Source: a bacterium
Lineage (GTDB): Bacteria > UBA8248
Direction: 5' to 3'
DNA: 64,000 nucleotides
Assembly (NCBI GenBank): GCA_965261085.1
Contig: OZ253442.1
Location: forward strand, 1,760,001 to 1,824,000
The position numbers and the translations under genes are program-made. Below the pieces are notes generated by a model that worked only from the letters and a program-made list of their open reading frames with translations, was not told where the DNA came from and did not search any database. Shown here piece by piece: positions 56,782-64,000 of this stretch (the first letter of the stretch is position 1; each line of letters begins with the position of its first letter).

Positions 56782-56804
56782 AGCCGGGGCCTTAAGCCCC
56801 GGCT
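56782..56804 (-). terminator. Hairpin downstream of the Bax-inhibitor gene, probable terminator
   Basis: AGCCGGGGC-CTTAA-GCCCCGGCT perfect stem; weak U-tract. Confidence 0.55.
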
Positions 56805-56824
56805 CATGGATGAAGACACTTTCT

Positions 56825-57535
56825 TCAATCGCGCGAGGCGCCCAGAAGGTGTGTAAGGTAAATAAACATCATGATGAAATCGAGGTAGAGTTCGAGCGCC
56901 GCCATGATGGAGGCGCGCCTGCCCGTTTCATTATCCGTGTCCTGGGTGTAGGCGTATTCCTTCATCTTCTGGGTGTCATAGGCCGTAAGTCCCGCAAAGA
57001 TGAGAACGCCCAGAACGCTGATGGCGAAATGAACGGCGGAACTGGCTACGAAGATGTTAACGACGCTGGCGAGGATGATGCCGATAAGGCCCACCATGCA
57101 GAAATTGCCCACGCCCGACAAGTCTTTTTTTGTGACGAAAGCAAAAAGGGTCAATCCGCCGAACGCGCCGCCGGTGACGAAAAACGCCTGAGCCACGGAA
57201 GTGAGCGTGTAGCGCAAGAGCAGGGTGGAAACGGTAACGCCCAGCGTCGCGCTGTAGAGCAGGAACAGAATCGCGCCCGCTTGCCAGCCTTTGCTGCGCA
57301 TCACCGGCCTGATGGAGAAAACCAGGGCGAGTTGAACGCCGATGACCAGAAATACCGAGATGGAGCTTCCGAAGATGAATTGAATGGCGGCGGGGCTGGA
57401 TGCGACGTAGAGCGCGCTGAAACCCGTGACGAAGAGCCCCAGCGTCATCCATCCATAGACGCGCTGCATGAATGCGGCGGCGTCTTGTGCGATGACTCGT
57501 TGCCCGGTCGAGCGAGTGAAGTCTTGAGAGCGCAT
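56825..57535 (-). CDS. Bax inhibitor-1/YccA family membrane protein
   Basis: FM.RVY.WM, KKDLS, GLTAYDTQK, ALELYLDFI. Confidence 0.95.
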   Translation of the reverse strand: MRSQDFTRSTGQRVIAQDAAAFMQRVYGWMTLGLFVTGFSALYVASSPAAIQFIFGSSISVFLVIGVQLALVFSIRPVMRSKGWQAGAILFLLYSATLGVTVSTLLLRYTLTSVAQAFFVTGGAFGGLTLFAFVTKKDLSGVGNFCMVGLIGIILASVVNIFVASSAVHFAISVLGVLIFAGLTAYDTQKMKEYAYTQDTDNETGRRASIMAALELYLDFIMMFIYLTHLLGASRD

Positions 57536-57750
57536 TTCAGAAATCCTCCTGGATATTCAATCATTCAGCATCTACGGCGAAGCGGCCAAAGTAGATTCAT
57601 CAATCTCTGGATAGATATCCTTTATTTTTCAGGATATCAACATCTTCCTGATAGTATATCCCATTCGACGGATATGCCAGTACCCCAAAAACGTAATTTC
57701 TTCCGCCATCGTCGTATTTTCATTATGAAACATCAACAGGAAGCCGCCGG

Positions 57751-57790
57751 TTGACTGGGATTGTAAGGCCCCATATAATTAGGCCCCATA
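57751..57790 (+). promoter_or_regulatory. Consensus sigma70 promoter with tandem operator-like repeats upstream of marR
   Basis: TTGACT (57751)-N17-TATAAT (57774); AGGCCCCATA at 57766-57775 and 57781-57790. Confidence 0.75.
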
Positions 57791-57814
57791 GCATTTAATT
57801 CTCGGAGCAAAACC

Positions 57815-58357
57815 ATGTTCTACATGAAAGAACTGCCCAACGAGGAAGATTTCAGGCCCCTCGTGCCGGAGTATTCCTCGCTGGATACTTCCTCGGTCAT
57901 GCTTTTTTATCTTTTTTTGCAGGTCGGTAGTGATATGCTCACCGCCTTTGAAACGTATCTGGCCGACCACGGCGTATCGCAGGGCAGGTTCATCGTTTTG
58001 CTGTTGTTGCTGCGCTCCCAAGTCAGAAACAACGGGTCGGGCCTCAGCCCATCGGAGCTGGCCAGACAAGCGGGTGTAACGCGTGCGACGATGACCGGGT
58101 TGATGAAGGGCCTTCAGCGCGATGGACTCATCGAGCGCTTCAGCCACGATGGCGATAGAAGGAAAATCATTGTCCGTCTCACATCAAAAGGAAAAGAGAG
58201 CCTGAATTCTATTTTTCCAGACTATTATTCGCGCATCGCGGAACTCATGAATGATCTAGAGGATGAGGAAAGAGAGAAATTATCGATGCTCCTCCATAAA
58301 GTGAAAAATAAAATGTATTCATCAAAACAAGCGCCGGCCGCCGGCGCCCAAAGGTGA
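57815..58357 (+). CDS. MarR family transcriptional regulator
   Basis: SQGRF.VL, PSELA, VTRATMTGL, DRR...V.LT.KG. Confidence 0.92.
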   Translation: MFYMKELPNEEDFRPLVPEYSSLDTSSVMLFYLFLQVGSDMLTAFETYLADHGVSQGRFIVLLLLLRSQVRNNGSGLSPSELARQAGVTRATMTGLMKGLQRDGLIERFSHDGDRRKIIVRLTSKGKESLNSIFPDYYSRIAELMNDLEDEEREKLSMLLHKVKNKMYSSKQAPAAGAQR

Positions 58358-58418
58358 AGAATATCTTTGCTCGGATGCTTTAAGGAGCAAATCCCTGTCG
58401 AGGAAGGAGAAGAAGGCG

Positions 58419-59663
58419 ATGGCGAAACCCAAAGTGATTGTCCAGCTATACCCCATGCTGCCGACGGAAAGCCGAGAGGAGCGCGAGCAGAAAAGGCCCC
58501 TGGCCAGGGACAAGGATTTGTACCATCACGTGCTTCATGAATGGGTCGACATCGTGAAGGCCGCTGATGAGATGGGCGTATGGGGCATCAGCACCATTGA
58601 GCACCATCTGCACTCCGAGGGCTATGAGGTAGGCCCCAATCCGGGCGTTCTCAACGCATGGTGGGCCGCTCAGGTGAAAGACGCGAGAGTGGGCGCGCTC
58701 GGTTACGTTATGGCGACGCAGGATCCGATTCGCGTGGCCGAGGAGACGGCCATTCTCGACCACATCACCAAGGGCAAATTCTTCTGCGGCGTGGCGAGGG
58801 GGTATCAGTCCAGGTGGGCGAACATCCTGGGCCAGTTCAGCGACACCCGCGCCACCGTCTCCTCGGACTTGGGCGGCGCCGACGACGTGAAGAACCGCGA
58901 CATCTTCGAAGAGCGCGTCGAGATGCTGCTTAAATTCTGGCAAGAAGATTCGGTGGAAGTGAAAGGAGCGCATTACGAGATTCCCTATCCCTATGAGGAT
59001 GGAATCGATTATCCGGCCTGGAGGAGCGCTCGGGATGCCGGTGCAATCGGCGAGGTCGGCGATGACAATCGGGTGCGAAGGGTGAGCGTTGTTCCCAAAC
59101 CTTACCAAGAGCCTTATCCACCCATGTTTCAAGCCGTGAGCGCGAGCCCGGATTCCATAAAATTCGCGGCGAAACACGGATTCCGGCCCGTGTATTTCAC
59201 CAAGCTGGAAAAGATGGAGGAATTCTCCTATCTCTACATGGAGGAGGCGGCCAAGGCGGGCCACAACTTCGCCCATGGTGAGAGACAATGCGTTTGCCGC
59301 TGGATTCATGTGACGGATACCGAAGAAGAGTACAACGAAAAACTCAGGAAATACGATCAGGATATCTACCAGAACTTCTACGTGCCCTTCTTCCCCCAGT
59401 TCCCGGACGACACGGAAAGCATCGACTGGATCCAGAACATCAAGGAAAGTGGAATATTCCTGGGAGGTACGGTAGATACGCTCAAGCGCGAATGGGAGGA
59501 AACGTATGAAAAAGTGCCTTCGGAGTTCATCACCTTGATCTGGCACTATGCGCAGTGCCCCAAGGAAGAAGTCATTTATGAGTTGGAGACGTTCATGACG
59601 AAAGTGTGGCCCGACCTCGAGTGTCCGGTCTCGAACGGCGTCACTGTCGGCGGCGTCTCCTGA
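58419..59663 (+). CDS. LLM-class (luciferase-like) flavin-dependent oxidoreductase
   Basis: EHHLHSEG, DPIRVAEETAILDH..KG, PKPYQ.PYPP. Confidence 0.9.
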   Translation: MAKPKVIVQLYPMLPTESREEREQKRPLARDKDLYHHVLHEWVDIVKAADEMGVWGISTIEHHLHSEGYEVGPNPGVLNAWWAAQVKDARVGALGYVMATQDPIRVAEETAILDHITKGKFFCGVARGYQSRWANILGQFSDTRATVSSDLGGADDVKNRDIFEERVEMLLKFWQEDSVEVKGAHYEIPYPYEDGIDYPAWRSARDAGAIGEVGDDNRVRRVSVVPKPYQEPYPPMFQAVSASPDSIKFAAKHGFRPVYFTKLEKMEEFSYLYMEEAAKAGHNFAHGERQCVCRWIHVTDTEEEYNEKLRKYDQDIYQNFYVPFFPQFPDDTESIDWIQNIKESGIFLGGTVDTLKREWEETYEKVPSEFITLIWHYAQCPKEEVIYELETFMTKVWPDLECPVSNGVTVGGVS

Positions 59664-59680
59664 TTATCGTTAACGATGAA

Positions 59681-59707
59681 GCCCCCGCATGCGCATGCGG
59701 GGGTTTT
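59681..59707 (+). terminator. Hairpin plus T-run between the LLM and cyclase genes
   Basis: CCCCCGCATG/CATGCGGGGG palindrome followed by TTTT. Confidence 0.55.
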
Positions 59708-59726
59708 GCGGATCGTATTTTAGGAG

Positions 59727-60446
59727 ATGAGCATGTATGAAATCATCGATCTGAGCCAGGAAATCTACACCGGCGCACCCCGGTTTCCCGGGCATCCGGC
59801 GACGACGATCGAATACGTCGCCAGGCACGAAGACGCGGCCAACGCGCCGATTCGGCCCAAGGACATCACCTATGCGGCCATGATGCTCCACATGTGCGAC
59901 CACGGGCCGACACATACCGATTCAGTGAGCCATATCGATGAACGCGAAACGGCTCCGAACATCGATCAGGCACCGCTCGAGTGGTTCATCACCCGGGCGA
60001 TTGCGCTGGACTTCACGGGCAAGGTGGAGCCGATGGAGGAGATTTCCTTGCAGTTGCTGCAGGATGAGCTTTCGGCGGCGAACCTGACGCCGCCCAAAGA
60101 CGGCACGCTTCTTTTCACGGGCGGGCATTTCAAGCGCACTTATCCTACGGACGATTATCTCACCACGTACCCGGGCTTGGGGTATGACGCCGCGAACTTC
60201 CTCTATCGCGAATGCGGCGTGGTGAATATCGGCCAGGATGCGCCCAGCATCGACGCCGGCGTGAACACCACGGAACTGACGTTTCCCTGCCATGTGCTTT
60301 GCCGGGAGCTTCAGCGCCACAACACGGAAAATCTGGCGAATATCGAAGCGGTGGCGGGGAAGGAGTTTCTCTACGTGGGGCTCCCACTGAAAATTCGCGC
60401 AGGCACGGGCTCTCCCGTGCGCGCCGTCGCCGTGATGAACCTTTGA
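59727..60446 (+). CDS. Cyclase family protein (kynurenine formamidase-like metal hydrolase)
   Basis: IDLS, DHGPTHTD..H (HxxTHxD variant), ENL, GTGSPVRAVA. Confidence 0.9.
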   Translation: MSMYEIIDLSQEIYTGAPRFPGHPATTIEYVARHEDAANAPIRPKDITYAAMMLHMCDHGPTHTDSVSHIDERETAPNIDQAPLEWFITRAIALDFTGKVEPMEEISLQLLQDELSAANLTPPKDGTLLFTGGHFKRTYPTDDYLTTYPGLGYDAANFLYRECGVVNIGQDAPSIDAGVNTTELTFPCHVLCRELQRHNTENLANIEAVAGKEFLYVGLPLKIRAGTGSPVRAVAVMNL

Positions 60447-60570
60447 GCAAACGGTGGCATTCTCGCCTTCATCATGAGTCTGTTGAGGGCGAGAAACTCT
60501 CGAATCATTTTGCCGCCATCATGGTTGTTCCAACGAGAGGGATTCTCGTTTCGTGAGGTGATTCAGGAAA

Positions 60571-60921
60571 ATGCCGAAGGCAGTGGATTGGTATTATCAT
60601 CGATCCGGCTGAAAGACTTGCGCTAAAACGCAAGCGTTTCTTGCGGATAAAGGTATCGGGGTGTCCGAGCAGGCCAGCTCCAAAAAAGACGTGGTGGATG
60701 AAGGCAACGTCGATTCTGTTCTGGATGGCGTGGCGGATGTGTATTCGACCAGGGGCAGAAAGGTGATTCACCTGAATATCGAAGATAAAAAACCTGCGCG
60801 AGAAGACGTGCTGGCTCTTTTGATGGGTCGTTCAGGCACGCTCAGAGCCCCTGTCATCAAACACCAAAGCACCCTCATCGTCGGCTTCGATGAAGAAACA
60901 TACGCACAGGTTTTGACGTAA
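60571..60921 (+). CDS. ArsC/Spx-family selenoprotein, UxxC (TGA at 60610-60612 read as Sec)
   Basis: AGGA RBS then MPKAVDWYYHRSG-TGA-KTCAK, in frame with the listed 60661-60921 ORF (GRSGTLRAP, IVGF). Confidence 0.85.
60629..60645 (+). promoter_or_regulatory. Putative bacterial SECIS hairpin
   Basis: CGCAAG-CGTTT-CTTGCG; loop starts 22 nt after the TGA and has GT at positions 2-3. Confidence 0.55.
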
Positions 60922-60937
60922 ATCTTATCTGGGCGAC

Positions 60938-62392
60938 TTAGAGGGCCAACTGGCCCTGGGTGGGCTCTGCTCAGCAAAACCACGATTCGCTCAAACGAGG
61001 CGGGCGGATTCGATCGGGCGCAAAAACGGCTTTTGCCTGCGCCTGGTCGGGGCGCTCCAGAATATCGGCCGCCAATTCGCGAATCCTCATGAATGTTGTG
61101 GCGGCATCCTCAAGGCGTGCAGCCGCATCTTCAGCGAGGATGAGCGCTTCTTCGTGCAGTTTGTCCATTCTCGCGTCCGGATGATCCCAGCGGTAGATGA
61201 AATTCTGGGCGTCGAGCTCTTTGATGTATCCCTCCATCTGTGTGGAGCCGAGTAAATCGGAACCGGGCGGCACCAGAAGCCTTATGGCCATTTGAATCGG
61301 GTCGACCTCGTCGATTAAGGCGTAGTCTTCGATAAAATCCAGTAAATCAAAATAATCCTGGTCGGTTGTCCAAGGCGTGAATGCGACCAGGGATGGTCTG
61401 ATGGAAACATTCGCCTCCCGGGCGGCTTTCACCACGCGAAAGACGTCTTCCCTGTTGTGTCCTTTGTCCAGATGAGCGAGCACGAGGTCGCTCAAGGACT
61501 CCACCGCTGTGACGAAAAACGCGCACCCGTTTTCCCGGAATTCAGGCAGAAGAGCCTCATGTTTGATCAGGTGCTCTATTTTGGCCGTAAAATCGAAGGA
61601 AAGGGCGGGGAATCTCTCGTGTAAGGCGCGAGCGACTCGAATCGCATGAGACGGGCCGTTCAGAAAATCGGGATCCGCAAAGGTGATGTGGCGCGCGCCT
61701 TGCGCGGCCAAATCTTCGATATCCTCCAGAACCTTCTCTTGGGGCACGATGAAGAAACGGCCTTCATACACTGGCGGAATGGGGCAATGGAGGCACAAGT
61801 GCTTGCAGCCCCGGCTCGCCTCGACGGCCCCGGCGGGATAGTGGTTCTCCCCGCTTATGAGATGCGCGTATGCCTCAAGCGCGGGCAATCCCCTTCGTTC
61901 GGGCTTGAGCAAGGGAATTTTTTCGAGATACGGGCCCGATGTGTGCTCTCTCGTGGCCGCGCCCGGAACCTGGGTGACTTTGGAGGATTGGGACAGCTCC
62001 TGAACGAGCTTGACGAGCGGCCATTCGAACTCTCCACCTATGGCCGAATCCGCGCCGTTTTCGAGAAGATAGTCCTTGTTGAGCAGGCCATAGAGGCCAT
62101 AAAAGCAAATATGGCATTTCGGATTCGTCTCACGTATTTTCGCCGCCACTTCTACGCCGAGCCTGAGCGCCGTGTGCATCGGTACGCTGATGCCGACGAA
62201 TTTCGCATTCGCTATTTTCTCTTGGGAGAAATCCTCCGCCGCCACGTCCATCGCCCAGGGCTGAAAGCCCGCTTCGCGCAAAAAAGCCAGGGGAGAGGCG
62301 ACGGCAATGGGCTGGTGTCCCAACTCGTAGCAGGAGATGAGAACGACGGCGCCGGGTGATTGCCACTTGGATGTCTTATCGTTTCGACTCAC
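60938..62392 (-). CDS. CUAEP-tail radical SAM selenoprotein (TGA at 60971-60973 read as Sec)
   Basis: CKHLCLHC radical SAM motif; C-terminus reads LSESWFC-TGA-AEPTQGQLAL-TAA. Confidence 0.9.
60942..60957 (-). promoter_or_regulatory. Putative bacterial SECIS hairpin
   Basis: Minus strand AGGGCC-AGTT-GGCCCT; loop starts 19 nt after the TGA and has GT at positions 2-3. Confidence 0.65.
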
Positions 62393-62414
62393 GGCGAATT
62401 CTCTCGGTAGCCAT

Positions 62415-62447
62415 AAAAAAAGCCCCGGACTTATGACGCCCGGGGCT
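62415..62447 (-). terminator. Intrinsic terminator after iscA
   Basis: AGCCCCGG...CCGGGGCT stem followed by a T-run on the minus strand. Confidence 0.75.
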
Positions 62448-62464
62448 CGTAAGGCATTGTTTCA

Positions 62465-62881
62465 TCAAGTGGTGAAAGATTTGCCGCAACCGCACATGCT
62501 CATGGCGTTGGGGTTGTTGATCTTGAAGCCCGAGCCTTGGAGGCCATCGACGAAATCAATTTCCGTTCCCGCGATGACGGGATAGCTCTGGGGGTCCACG
62601 AACACGTCGAGCCCATTGGCGGAGAATACCTTATCTTCCGGATTGGCGGATTCCTCGAAATAAAGGCCATAGTTGTAACCGGAGCACCCGCCTGCGGTGA
62701 CGGCCAGGCGCAGGCCGTAGCCGGTTTTTCCTTCCGCTTCCAGAATCTCGGCCACCTTGCCGTTGGCGGTCAGCGTAACCGAAATGCCTTCAATGGCTTG
62801 CGGTTTCTTTTGAGATTGATCGAATAAATTGATCGTTCCATCCGTCATCTGTTGTTTCTCCTTGACCTTGATGAGGGCCAT
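62465..62881 (-). CDS. HesB/IscA A-type Fe-S cluster carrier
   Basis: GGCSG and CGCGKSF motifs; start may be the ATG at 62848. Confidence 0.95.
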   Translation of the reverse strand: MALIKVKEKQQMTDGTINLFDQSQKKPQAIEGISVTLTANGKVAEILEAEGKTGYGLRLAVTAGGCSGYNYGLYFEESANPEDKVFSANGLDVFVDPQSYPVIAGTEIDFVDGLQGSGFKINNPNAMSMCGCGKSFTT

Positions 62882-63224
62882 TGAAATTTGTTTTTGTCTC
62901 TACAGTTTTGAATATTACTCTTTTTTTGTTTTTTTGCAAAGTCTTAAAACCCATATATCCTTGAAATGTGGGCTTGTTTACGGAGGAAACCGCCTTTTCC
63001 CCGCCGAGTGAGCGGGGGCTTTCCTGTACAAGGGCTGAATATTTCTGCATATTTTGTTATTATAAAACTTGACAATAATAGACTAAGATAATATATTTTT
63101 CTTGTGTCAGGAGCCTTGGCCGCCTCCGCCATGCGGAATTGACGAGGTTTTCGGCGCCGAGAAATTTATGGAAATTTATCGAATTTTTCATAAATTTTCA
63201 CATAAAAATCCGGAGCACACGTTC

Positions 63225-64000
<776 letters not shown>

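Noticed and set aside
60661-60921. 86-aa ORF as listed, or a nonsense pseudogene interpretation
   Set aside because: The upstream ATG with RBS, the UxxC context and the SECIS-like hairpin favour Sec read-through from 60571.
52820-62400. Possible genomic island integrated at tRNA-Leu
   Set aside because: No integrase and no duplicated tRNA 3' end found by eye; most genes have host-like composition.
62465-62881. IscA/HesB as a third selenoprotein
   Set aside because: All conserved positions are Cys codons; the TGA follows the complete C-terminal motif and is a true stop.
63060-63105. Possible Rrf2/IscR operator between iscA and clpB
   Set aside because: AT-rich with only loose symmetry; cannot be distinguished from promoter sequence.

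Overview
GC-rich bacterial chromosomal window, mostly conserved housekeeping genes. The gene order (pgpA-cinA-thpR-recA; def-fmt-rsmB-PASTA-rpe; ffh-rpsP-rimM-trmD-RNA MTase-rplS; RomR-like-valS) suggests a diderm of the Nitrospinota/Tectomicrobia/deltaproteobacteria-like grade, which is an inference only. Core genes: partial mutL, guaB/guaA, dnaE, lipB, exbBD, rplM-rpsI, argCJ, rpsB-tsf-pyrH-frr-uppS-cdsA-dxr, recA, ffh-rplS cluster, rnhB-yraN, coaX-birA-valS, mltG-ruvX-TolC, ribF, tRNA-Leu(CAG), iscA and partial clpB. Main non-obvious signals: (1) two tail-to-tail genes each with an in-frame TGA in a selenocysteine context and a downstream SECIS-like hairpin, an ArsC-family UxxC protein (60571-60921) and a CUAEP-tail radical SAM protein (60938-62392), both truncated by the ORF track; (2) an AT-rich three-gene cassette (38843-40064) inserted between rplS and rnhB, whose last gene has ADP-ribosyltransferase-like motifs, a candidate uncharacterised tripartite toxin-antitoxin/defence module; (3) an integrase-less islet bounded by a 16-bp duplication of the guaA 3' end; (4) an orphan VapB-type antitoxin with a frameshifted VapC stub; (5) a nested-palindrome MITE-like element; (6) a giant heptad-repeat MotB/OmpA-domain protein; (7) a RomR/PopZ-like pseudo-receiver protein next to valS. 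All family assignments come from reading motifs by eye; no database searches were run.
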